Positions 50,059 to 60,450 of a stretch of 64,000 nucleotides of DNA are shown here, in pieces. Source of the DNA: Callorhinchus milii. Taxonomy: Eukaryota. The notes beneath the pieces are model-generated. The model searched no databases and was not told the DNA's origin. It saw only the letters and a list, made by a program, of their open reading frames with translations. The DNA lies in contig NW_024704743.1 of NCBI RefSeq assembly GCF_018977255.1, positions 54,128,001 to 54,192,000 of the forward strand, written 5' to 3'. Position numbers and translations under genes: made by a program. The number at the start of each line of letters is the position of its first letter. Position 1 is the stretch's first letter.

Positions 50059-52069
50059 TAGATACCAACACCATCACAGGGGATTGACTCGATTCCTGAC
50101 ATTCCATTTCAGTTCAGCTCCAAGGAGACTCCGCTTACCTCTCTATTCCAATCACAAGATTTTTCAAGGAATCCACGCTCTCTCCCTTCCAGTCTCCCAT
50201 CACTGTAAAACTCTGGGAAATTAGATGTGGATTGAGATAAATGAATTCCCCACAGGACACATCGACTACTAAACTTGGGTAAAGAAGGAATATTGCCTGT
50301 GAATGAATACAGACCAGGGTTGATACAGCAGCTACAAGGTTGGGTAAAGTTCTGGAAAATTTTGTTTGATTGCCTTTTCCCACATGAGATTCAGGGAGTG
50401 GCATGGAGTCAACAATAGGATTCATTTTGATTGCAAGCGGAAAGAGTAATCTTTTTAAAAAAAACTCTTCTCTTTCCCATGTGAACAAATAAATACGTAA
50501 AACAGAAGCGTCACAGTCTATTTTGGTATGCTGGAGGGAATTCCCACAGCAGCGGGCCATAAGCAGCAGAGGTTTCAGTGTACACAAAAAGTGCTCAGCC
50601 TCCATTCCCAACAAAAATTAACAATATGAAGCTCAACCCACTTCCCATCCAATATTTCCTGCTTGAATAGAACAACAAGCATAATTTTCACTATCTATGC
50701 CATTGTTGTATTCTATGCTGTGAAAAAGACCAAAGGCAGGGCTAATGAGTCCTCAGAGATTTGTTTCAACCCTGTTGAAATAAAAAAAGAGCACCTCCCG
50801 GATCCTATGATAGTCTGGAAATACACTACGTGAGCTCACATAGGTCACATATAACACACTTGCCATCATGGTGCTGTTCAATGTACTGCTTAGTATTTAA
50901 CAAAATCCTTTATTCCCTATACTACTCCATCCTCCAAGCTCTTTCCTTATCTTTACCACCCAACAAACATTGCAGGCAGGTAACTAACCTTGAATTAGAC
51001 TTTCAGATCAGTGAAAATAATTTATTACTATTTATTTCCTTTAGACTTGAGTTTGAAATATTGTATGTTAGACTTACATTTAAGAAAACAATGAGTAAAT
51101 ACCCTATATAGTAATTACTCTATTTGGTCATTTACTTAAACGGCTGATTATGGGATACAACTGTGCGCATTCATCTACTAATACAGTCACTACATGGTAA
51201 AAATCCTTGGGACTTCCTTCTGATATGAAAGGCGCTATACAAATGTAATCTTGTTGTTGTTGTGCCAAAGCGCTAATCAAATGCAATGATGATAATTATT
51301 ACAAAGAACTATAAACCCAAAACAGGTTATTTATTTGGTCCCGCTAGTCTGTGCCAATTGGTGTTTATACTCCACAAGAGCCTTCAATTCCATTCCCTCA
51401 CCTCCCCCCTTACCCCATTATTCCCTTCTCCCTCGTGTCTTTAACGAATTTCCACTTAATATAGATGCTTTCTGCTTCAACCACAGCATCTAACAGTGAG
51501 TCTCATCGTCTGCTGTATAAATAAATTCTCCTAAACCTTAAACTAGGCTCTAACACACTATGTTAAACATTCACAGGAAATTCCTGCACCCAAATTTATA
51601 AACAATATCTAATTGAAATGTAGGTCACAAAGTAATACCACCTTCTAGACCTGTGCACGGTGCCCTGAAACATGCCAATTCTGCTTGAAGACCAGCCAAA
51701 GAGAACTTTTTTTTAAAAAATTCACTTTGAATATTTTTTAAATTTGATGACGTTCCCATCATCACCACCAGTTTTCTCCACTTCTTTCAAGTTATCTGAC
51801 AAGATGTCACAGTCTAGTCCAACCTGCCTTCACCTGACCTCTGCATCTTTATTCACACAGACATAATTGTGCCGAATGGCCTTCCTCTGAGTTGTGATTT
51901 TCTATGGTTCTTCCAGGAAGTGAACAAAATCAGCAATTCCGGCTGACTTTCGCCATCCTAACCCAAGACACTAAGACCAACTGCAGCGCCCAGCAGTAAT
52001 CTGCAAACCAACAGCTTGGGTAGAGTCTGTCATGATAACATCTAAGAAACTTTGTAAAGACTACGTCAG

Positions 52070-52830
52070 AGCAACAACTTACATTTGTATAGCATCTTTC
52101 ATGTCAAGAGGACGTCACAAGTCAGAGACCTGAACACGAGCAAGGGAAGAGCGGTGGACATATCAAATCACTTTACAGGACATACTGTAAAGTGCAGTAA
52201 CTGTGTTTTTATGGGTAAAAATAGGGAGATGCTAGGGCATGTGGAGATTTATAGGCAAGGATCTTGAAATTGACTTGTTGGGAGTCAGGGAGACAGTGAA
52301 ATCTGGTGAGAACTGAAGTAATGGGGATGTGGAGTTTGATGAGGGTGAGAACGCAGGTAGCAGTTTTGTATGAGCTTGGGATTGATGGGCGGCGGAGCTT
52401 AGTGTGAGAGAGGTCATGGTGGCAGAGGTCTTGATCGTCTGCAGCTTGTACGGAGGAGCTGGGGATTCAATAATTTGTTTAATTGAGCTTGGGTATCTTT
52501 ATGGCATGATAAGGGTCTCTATCGCCTGGGGGAAAAGGTAGTGGCAGAGGCAGGCAATGCAGAAATGGAACCCATGCCTACAGATGGACAAAGGTTGAGG
52601 ATAGGAAGCAGAGGCTCCCTGGTCACAGCAAGAGAGAGAGAGAGGAGAAAGAGAGCAAGAAAAGGGAAAGTGAGAGGAGGGAAAGAGAGAGAGAGAAAGC
52701 GAAAGTGCAAGAGAGAGAGAGCGCAAGAGAAGAGAGAAGAGAAAGAGAGAGTGGGGTGGTTATTGGTGACTTTGACAAGGGCTGGCTTGGTGCTTGCTAT
52801 GGGTAGGGCAGAAGCCGCATTATAGGAACT
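52070..52830 (-). mobile_element. Old L2 fragments with an expanded GA-rich tract (52630-52750)
   Basis: L2 tail at about 52075 and remnants ALVKVTNN and IACLCHYLFPQAIETLI. Confidence 0.6.
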
Positions 52831-54424
52831 CAAGCAGGGAGTAGAAGGAAAAACATGCATTTATGGAGCATCCTTCAAGCAGGATAGCATCTTGGAGTAA
52901 TGTAATAACTCGCCAAAGGCCAAGTTGGTCCAATTTTCCAAAACAAATTATCTTAGCAACAAGCTCAAATTGTTTGCAGTGTTTTTCCAACTCAAAAAAC
53001 CCCACAAGACCTGGTGAGTACAATCATTTCTCCATTCCTACATGAGCTCACTCTTTTCACTATGTTACTTGGAATTGCACAAACCACAATAAAATAAATG
53101 TATCTGCAAGATGCTTGAGCGAATTACACTCTGAAGATTCACTGACATTACATGATGAAACAAGAAATCCATTAAGATTGCGCTTCAATTTTGCGATTTT
53201 TTTTTGTTGACACGCAGCTAATCAGTTTGAGAGGAAATCCTGCTACATAGAACATTATATATCTGCCAGAACCACACTGCATGAAGAATAACAGCAGCTG
53301 ATGAATGTAAGCCAAGATCAACTTTGCAACTCTTTTCTATTGCAATGGAACCCTATTATTATGCGATTCATTATAACGCGCATTTCCTTAAAGTACAAAC
53401 AGAATGTGGACCTATTCGCTCTGAATGCATGCAGTTGGTTGGCTTTAGCTCTAGCCAACTTCTGAGTACTCAGGTTACTTCCTGCGTATGCAGAAAGCAA
53501 GTCAACCAGTTGCATGTATGTGCAATCAATGCAGAAGAAATGACTAGTTAATGTGGTCCAATACGAGGCTGGTTGAGATTTTATGGCCCTCCCCCACACT
53601 ATGACGGGGTTCATAAGTATAACTTCTGATTAATGTGCAAATAATAAGGCAAGATGCACTTGATATTACTGAACTTATCGGAGTGATTATTCTTACAGAT
53701 ATCAAGCCATCGCACTGTACAGTATTAAGTCGAAAATGATTAATTAAAAGGGGCACATGCTTGAATAAATATTTGGCCAAAGTTCTGCACGGGTATGCAT
53801 CATTCCCTCACTTGCACATTATAAAATGCTTTTTAACCCATGCAACTTTTCTTTAACCAGGCAATTATGGAACAAGAGATTACCTGCGTAGAACTTGAAT
53901 AACACATGGCCAAAATATACAAGCAAGAAGCCACCAGCACAATAGTTTAGTCTTCTCGGTAATCGATGAACTACTTTACTTTTGACAATACACAACCAAC
54001 ATATTTTCTCTGTAGAAAATGTAATTGCAACCTGAAGAACCAGAAGATGTTTTAATTCATAGGACTCAAAGAGCAAACCTGATTTTGATGCAGGTATAAT
54101 AATGCAGTCCTTTTGTAAGGTTGACAGGTTGTTGACACAACGCTACTGTCACTTAACACCGGAAAAACATCCACATATCCGAATTTGTTGTGTCCCTGAT
54201 TTATCAAAAAGAAGTTGATGTAAATTACGTTGACAATACTTTTAGAATAGCAGGAGATGCAGTTGGAGGTTTTCTATAAACAATGTTGATAAGAGCATCT
54301 CATTTAATTTGTGAAGAGTCGGTGTTTGCCTTTCTTTCAGAATAGTATTAAATGTAATCAATCGCGCGTCCTGCATTATAGGCAAAAATACACATTTTTT
54401 GGTGAAAAAAAAAGGCAGCATTAC

Positions 54425-55970
54425 CTGCGAGATTGGCAATGGCCACCGGTATCCCCTGGACCTGGACTCCGCCTGAACTCAAGCTGCCAATGTTGACCGT
54501 CTGGAGGTTTGGCAATGACGCGAGTTGGGCTGCGGTTAAGTTGATGGCACCGCCGGTGACGGTCACGGGAGTGATTTGGGCAATGGTTGCAGCCCCACCA
54601 GAGTTACTGGAGGACACGGGGGTCACGGTCAGCTGTTGGGCACTCTGGACCTGCAGGTTGGAGAGGTTCTGGATGTTCTGCACTTGGATGGTTTGCCAGT
54701 TTATCTGCCCGGAGGGGGTCAGGCTCGGGGCCCTGATGATCACCTGAGTGGGGCTCTGCTGGTGCCCCGCCTGCCCTTGCACGGCAGCGGCCTGGAGGGC
54801 CTGCAGAGCGCGCTGGGGCACCGTCTGAACGATCTGCTGCTGCAGCTGCGGAGACTGAACGTGCAGCTGCGGAGGCGGCCCCGGGCCCTGCGCGGTTTGC
54901 AGGCCGTTGGAGTGCACCAGACCGGCCGGGGCCGCCGCGGTCTCCTCTCGGGCCGGGTCGGGGCTGGAGGCGGCGGTGAAGGCGGGCGGACCGGCCTCGG
55001 CGCTGCCGGAGAGGGCGGGGGAGGCGGGGGCGGGGGAGGCCGGTGCGCTGCTCAGGGAGGCGGCGGAGAGGGGGGCGGAAAGCAGCGGATTCCCGTTGGC
55101 GGCCCCGCCGTCCGCAGGCTGCACAAACTGGATGGACCCACCGCCCGCCGCCGCCGCCGCCGCCGCCAGAGTGTTGATGGGGACGGCGAGAGTCACACCG
55201 CCTCCGAGGTTGATGGGCAGAGCGGCCACCACCTGGGCCTGGGCCCCGGGGAGGCCGACTCCCTGCAGCTGCAGCGGGATGGACAGGCCGGGCCTGAGCT
55301 GGATGGGCTGTGGGGAGGATCCCGGCGGCGGCGGCGGCGGCCCCTGGGCCAAGGTTAACGTCGGTGCGTTTGCAGCAGTGCTCCCGGGGCTGCCGCTCCC
55401 CGCCGGGATGATGTGGAGCTGCCCCTGCGAGTCCTGCTGCAGGTTGGCGGCGCTGATGTGAAACTGCTGACCGTCCACCGTGTGGATCTGCGGGATGAGC
55501 TGATACTGCACGTTGCCGCTGACGGCCGCCGCCGCGGTGGCGGTGGTGTTGGTGGCGGCGTTGACCACCATGGACGGGTTCGGGACGCTCTGCACCGGCA
55601 GCACGATTGGTTTGATGTCGATGGGCGACCCTCTGCCATCTTGCGCGCTTGCAACGTTGCCGTTGGTCGAGCCGCTGCCGGTGCCGGTGCCGATGGTGGT
55701 GGTGCCGGTGGAGACTTGGTGGGTGACAACGCTATCTTTCGCCGCCGACGCCGCCGCCGGCCCCGAAGCGATGATCTGCCAACCGTTTCCGGAGAGCTGA
55801 GCGGTGACCAGCTCCAGCTGCTGAGGCTGCACCGCCCCCGAGCTCGGCTCCAGCAGCACTTGTCCGGCGGCGGGGAGAGCGTTGCAGGCGACCGGGCTCT
55901 CAGGCGGGCCCGGGGATCCGATCTTGCTGCAAGTGGCTGCGAGCAGGGCGAGAGGAGAGGGCTGGGTGTC
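54425..55970 (-). CDS. SP4: SP4 coding exon 3: Sp box plus Gln-rich and Ser/Thr/Ala-rich activation domains
   Basis: 1546-nt open frame from DTQPSPLALLAATCSKIG (Sp box) through QPQQLELVTAQLSGNGWQ, VQYQLIPQ, RPGLSIPLQLQ, LTPSGQINWQTIQVQN to GIPVAIANLAG. Acceptor gggggcag, donor GCAG|gtaatg. Confidence 0.97.
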
Positions 55971-56359
55971 CTGCCCCCACACACACACACACAACACACA
56001 CACAGTGGGCGGGTTTAGAGAGGACAGAGTGGGTGTGAATTTACATTAGCACAAAAAGGGGCTTCACTCAGGAAGTACACAGCAATTAACGTTAGACGCA
56101 TGCATTTAAAATACAGGTATAAATATATATATATATGTATATATTTTAAAAAAGGTCTAAAATTCTGCACTTTGCAATTTGTTTTTAAAATCAGCAAGTA
56201 GCTGTTGAAACCTGTAAAACATGGCTACACCTACAAATGCTACACAGGCAAGTGGTTAGCAGCATTTCTGTAGTTTTAGCACAGGAAGCATATTTTTTTT
56301 TAGGCGCAAACATTTCGTACATGTATATAAGTCACGTTTCCAAATGTTGGTGCTCTCAC

Positions 56360-56442
56360 CTGTGAACCTGTTGTTTTGATCTGTAAATATTCACCAGGTT
56401 TCCCTCCTTCAGTTAAGGTAGCCATACTTTCCTCCTTTTGAT
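56360..56442 (-). CDS. SP4: SP4 coding exon 2 (DQKEESMATLTEGGKPGEYLQIKTTGSQ)
   Basis: Acceptor ttgttcacag, donor CAG|gtgaga, 83 nt. Resembles human MATEGGK...KTSGSQ, and 7+83 nt gives 30 codons. Confidence 0.92.
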
Positions 56443-56823
56443 CTGTGAACAACAAACATAATCATTAATAAAATAAGTAGCAAAAAAAAAGCCAAGACAT
56501 CACACTCGAGTTCCTTTTTTTTTGCTGAATATACTGTACTCTCATATACTTGCCTCAATCAGCCATCATTACCCAAAGGAAGGGAGGGGAGGAAATAAAA
56601 AACAGAAACGTGGTTTGAAACCCTACCCAATGGATACAAAGTAACACCCCAAAACAGAGGATTGTCTCAGTCAACTCAGTACTGTTAGACTCTTGGTGTC
56701 AAGCTGATCAATTAGCAGAAAAGCTGTCACCAGGGCAAATTGACTTTTTTTTCCCCTCTCCTTTTTTTTGAAAGGAGGGAGGGAGGGAGGTAAGGAGGGA
56801 GGGAAAAGAGGAGGGTTACGTAC

Positions 56824-56830
56824 CACTCAT
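56824..56830 (-). CDS. SP4: SP4 coding exon 1 (ATG AGT G; phase-1 end)
   Basis: Minus strand ATGAGTG followed by donor GTACGT. It joins exon 2 to give MSDQKEE, matching the vertebrate SP4 N-terminus (MSDQKKEE). Confidence 0.85.
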
Positions 56831-56959
56831 TCTGCATTGCTTAAGAGGAGGGGGAAATAAAGGCCAGTACAAAATGTAGGCAGAACAAGGCTGGGCTGGC
56901 CCTTTCTCTCCACGAATGGCTGTTTTGCGTAGGATGGAATAAGCAGGTTCCTCTTGATT

Positions 56960-57200
56960 GACGGAAATGGAACACGGAGGAGGCGGGGCAGAGCCCAGTG
57001 ACGCAGCCCGGCGCGAGCCCGCCTCCCCCGAGTTCCGAGGCGGCCCGCCAGCCCTGATTGGGTGAATCCGCGGGATGGGGGCGGGAGATGGAGAGGCTGT
57101 CGGGAGTTGTAGTCTCCCGCTGCCACGCCCCGTCATCGTCCACACCGCTGCTGGAGGGAGGGAAGCGCGCATGCGCGGTAGCCAGGCGGGCGGGACGCAG
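56960..57200 (-). promoter_or_regulatory. SP4 CpG-rich proximal promoter
   Basis: GC boxes (56980-56989, 57077-57086, GCCACGCCCC 57122-57131), CCAAT box (57054-57061), ZNF143/SBS-like ACTACAACTCCCGACAGCC (57095-57113), NRF1 palindrome GCGCATGCGC (57167-57176), CRE half-site GTGACGCA (56998-57005) and ETS-like CGGAAA (about 56962), all just upstream of the ATG. Confidence 0.8.
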
Positions 57201-57287
57201 CTGTGTTTGTGTGTCTAACGCCCATCCCCCCCTCCCCCCTCCACCCCCTCCATCATGATAGGTGGACTGGGAGCCAACACAGGCGGA

Positions 57288-57490
57288 GTCAGAGAGGAGT
57301 CAGAGAGACAGAGAGGGGTCAGAGACACAGAGAGAGAAAGGGGTCAGAGAGAGAGAGAGGGGTCAGAGACAGAGAGAGAAAGGGGTCAGAGAGAGAGGAG
57401 AGGGGTCAGAGACACAGAGAGGGATCAGAGGGACACAGAGAGAGGAGAGGGATCAGAGACAGAGAATGGAGAGGGATCAGAGAGGGAGAT
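57288..57490. repeat. GA-rich minisatellite (units like GAGAGAGAAAGGGGTCAGAGACACA)
   Basis: Read directly; nearly all purines on the plus strand. Confidence 0.85.
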
Positions 57491-57759
57491 TTTATCTTGG
57501 ATACACATTCTCGACTGTCCAGCACTTCAGGACATCCTCACGATAAGAACATAAGACCATAAGAATTTGCCAGGCGAAAGAACACCAAGTCCTTCCAGTT
57601 TGCCTTCCACCACCCGAGCAGGTGCATGACATGTCATGTCCCAAACTATATGGTGTATCCCGAGATATTATTTCTGATAAGAACTTAAGAATTTGCAAAG
57701 CGAAAGAAGAAAGGATGTGAACGGCGCTATGCTACAAATGCAATATGTTGTTGTTGTTG

Positions 57760-58572
57760 TCTGACACGTGCGGAAACCCATCATCGTGTTTAAGAGTATC
57801 CAAACTGAGAATTCCATGCATCCCACCTACAAATCGAAATTCCAGAGACAGATTGTTGGTATGGAATGCGACATTACCAACAATCTGTTTGGGAGGGATG
57901 TATCCTGCTTACCTAATTCCAGAAAGTACTAGGTGCAGGTTGGCAAGAGCCCCGGAATGTGCATTGGGGTACTCTGAAGTCTAACAAGCTGAAACCACAT
58001 AGCTTCCTGTTATATCACTGTTTGGCAAGCTTTCCCGCTGCTTTCCGGCAACTTAACAGAGGTGGAGCCTGACTCTTGAGCGGGGGGGAGGCGGCTGTAA
58101 GCACGATCAAAGAGGAAGATTTTCAGGCGGTACTTGAAAAAGGGGAGAGACAGGGCAAGGCGGAGGGATTGAGGGGAGAGCACTCCAGAGTTTCGGAGCA
58201 TAGCGGCTGAAAGCGTGACCTCCAATGGTGGGGTGGAGAGTGCAAGGGACGAGTCGGAGGCCGGTGCCAGTCGAGCGGAGGTGCCAGGTGGTGGATTGGG
58301 GAGTGAGGAGGTCAGAGAGATAGGGAGGTGCCAGAGAGTGAAGGGATTCAAACACAAGTGTAAGGTTCTTGAAGTCAAGTTAGGACCACATTTGTCTAGC
58401 TTGTCCAGTTAGGACTACCCCACCCTTTGGCTTGCAGGATTAACAGGAGGTGAGTGGCATGATTTCCTGCACCCGGTGACTAGTCTGCCCTTCCAGGTCC
58501 TGCCGATGAACCAAACTGGCTGTGCTGTCATCAGCAGTGCCCTGGAACACTGTGGACGCGCCTGGCTCAGGA
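57760..58572 (-). mobile_element. Unclassified repeat copy split by an L2 fragment (58050-58380, minus)
   Basis: The flanks match 49605-50058. The insert encodes LHSLAPPYLSDLL and IGGHAFSRYAPKLW. Confidence 0.75.
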
Positions 58573-58751
58573 ACCACAGAGGTTTGGCTTGTTTCCGACA
58601 TTCTGTTGCCAAACATGTCACGTTGGAGCCAATTCAGCTCCAAGGAGACCCTGTTTAGAGAGAGAGAGACAGAGATAGAGAGGAGGGTTTTTAGATGGGA
58701 TAGGAGGGTCTTGAGAGAGGTGAGAGAGGAGACTCTTTAGAAGGAAGAGAG

Positions 58752-59040
58752 AATAATAATAATCATCCTTATTGTCTCAAAGCGCTTTACAGAATGTATT
58801 CTAAAGTGAATTGACTACATATTTTGTGCACCAAACGAAGCAGTCAATTGTGCACAGCAAACAGTTGTAAATTGAGTCACCAAATTATTGTTTTTTTAAG
58901 GGTATGATTATCACCGGAAAGCAATCCGTCAATTAACTAACAACTGAGTTCCTACTTACTGCTAGGTAAACAGAGACGTGTGGCGTAAGGAAACTTGCCT
59001 CAGGTTTCTTCCTGCCCAGGAATCGAACGCAGGACTTCTT
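58752..59040 (-). mobile_element. tRNA-derived Deu SINE (diverged)
   Basis: Reverse-strand B box GTTCGATTCC, Deu core and (ATT)n tail. Confidence 0.7.
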
Positions 59041-59459
59041 GTTTGCTTGAGTGCTGATGGGTCTTGGATTTGTTTTTCATTGCAGTGCACTTGCAGCTTT
59101 CCATTTATTGCAATTTTTTCTAACCTAAATTTTTTTTATTTTGCTTGCAATTTTTTTAAAATTCAAATATACTAAGAAATGATGGCAATTTCCACAACCA
59201 AACGTGCTTGGGCCAGCTGCAAAACTTCGTTTTCACTTCTTTTAACTTTATTTGCTTTCTGCTAGACTTTTCAAAAGTTTTTAACCTGTGTGTTTAAAAT
59301 ACAAATTGGTTCCATAAATTTAGATGAACTGCAGGCCACTTTTAAGATTTAATTGCAATATTTGAAGTTGCTTTTTAAAAAGGTTGCTAAGAGATGGGCG
59401 TGTATTTAAAATGTTACAGTGTTCATTTTTGGCTCTGTGGCTGATTAATGTGGTTAACA

Positions 59460-59995
59460 GTGCAAGCCTAGCTCCTTTGATAGCATTTCTGCCTCTTGAG
59501 TCAGAGGGTTGTGGGTTCCAGTCCTATCCTGTGACTTTGAACTCATATACTCTGTACTGATATTCTAATGCAGTGCTGAGGTGTGTTGCATTGTTGGAGG
59601 TACTGTCCTTCAGAAGAGACGTTAAACCTGAATTCCTTCAGAAGAGACATTAAACCTGAATTCCCATCTGCTTTAAGCGCTCCGGGACGCTACCCTGCGT
59701 GAAGGGTGCTATATAAATGCAAATTGTTGTTGTTGCTTGTTCAAGATAGACATTAAAGATCCCATAGCACCATTCAGAAGGGAAAAGAGTTTGCCCCAGA
59801 AGCCTTGCAAATAATCCTCTAGTTAAAATTGATTATTTGATTCATGGCTGTTTGGAGGAATTTACTGGGACCAAATTAGCTGCCACATTTGACTGCAAAT
59901 GCACAGTCACTACACCTTACAATAAATCCTGTGCAGTGCTTTGAGATGTCCTCCTGATGTGAAAGGTGCTATTTTACATGTAAGGATTATTATCA
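59460..59995 (+). mobile_element. SacSINE1-like SINE with a 28-bp internal tandem duplication (59606-59661) and an inserted L2 tail (59673-59735)
   Basis: Head and body motifs; TCCTTCAGAAGAGACRTTAAACCTGAAT occurs twice. Confidence 0.7.
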
Positions 59996-60242
59996 TTGTT
60001 TACAGCACCCACACCATGCATGCTTTTAAAGCTATTGATAATAATGATATTATTATATTTCCATTTGAAAGCTTGTAGGACTCATGTGCCAAGGCAGGAG
60101 GAAATGGGAGCAGTTAGTTCCAGGTAAGTGACTATCAAACAATGCAGTGCTGGGGCAGGTGTTGTATTATCAAAGTCAGATATCTTTTTACACAGCATAC
60201 ATCAGGTTTCTACATCTTAGCCACTTAGGTAGTAGCAAGCTG

Positions 60243-60450
60243 TCAGCCTGGCTCAGTTGGTAGCACTCTGGTCTCTGAGTCAGACGTTGTGGGTTCAAGC
60301 CCCACTTTAGGACGTGGAATTCATTCTCTCTACCTTTGTCTTGCATCCTAGATTCTTCTTTACAGTCCAGTGCAGTACTAGGAGTGTGCTGCAATGTTGT
60401 AAGTGCCATCTTTCAGATAAGATGTTAAATTGAGGTCCCATCTGCCTATT
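60243..60450 (+). mobile_element. SacSINE1-like SINE 5' part
   Basis: CAGCCTGGCTCAGTTGGTAGCACTCTGGTCTCTGAGTCAGACGTTGTGGGTTCAAGCCCCAC. Confidence 0.75.

Noticed and set aside
54348..56003. 551-aa single-exon ORF starting MCVLCVCV
   Set aside because: The ends are intronic read-through; the real exon is 54425-55970, bounded by splice sites.
54433..56018. Long plus-strand and alternate-frame ORFs overlapping SP4 exon 3
   Set aside because: They are an expected by-product of very high GC content (few stop codons), with no recognisable protein features.
56360..56390. Internal TTTACAG|ATCAAAA in SP4 exon 2 mimicking the true acceptor
   Set aside because: It has a poor pyrimidine tract and its use would shift the frame; there is no evidence beyond the resemblance.
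19649..56830. Assignment as SP1 or SP3 instead of SP4
   Set aside because: The MSDQK start, [18 protein letters not shown], the SPRIV tail, the absence of the SP3 IKEE motif and the DNAH11 neighbour all point to SP4.
57288..57490. Tandem units as a CRISPR-like array
   Set aside because: This is a low-complexity eukaryotic minisatellite without unique spacers or cas genes.
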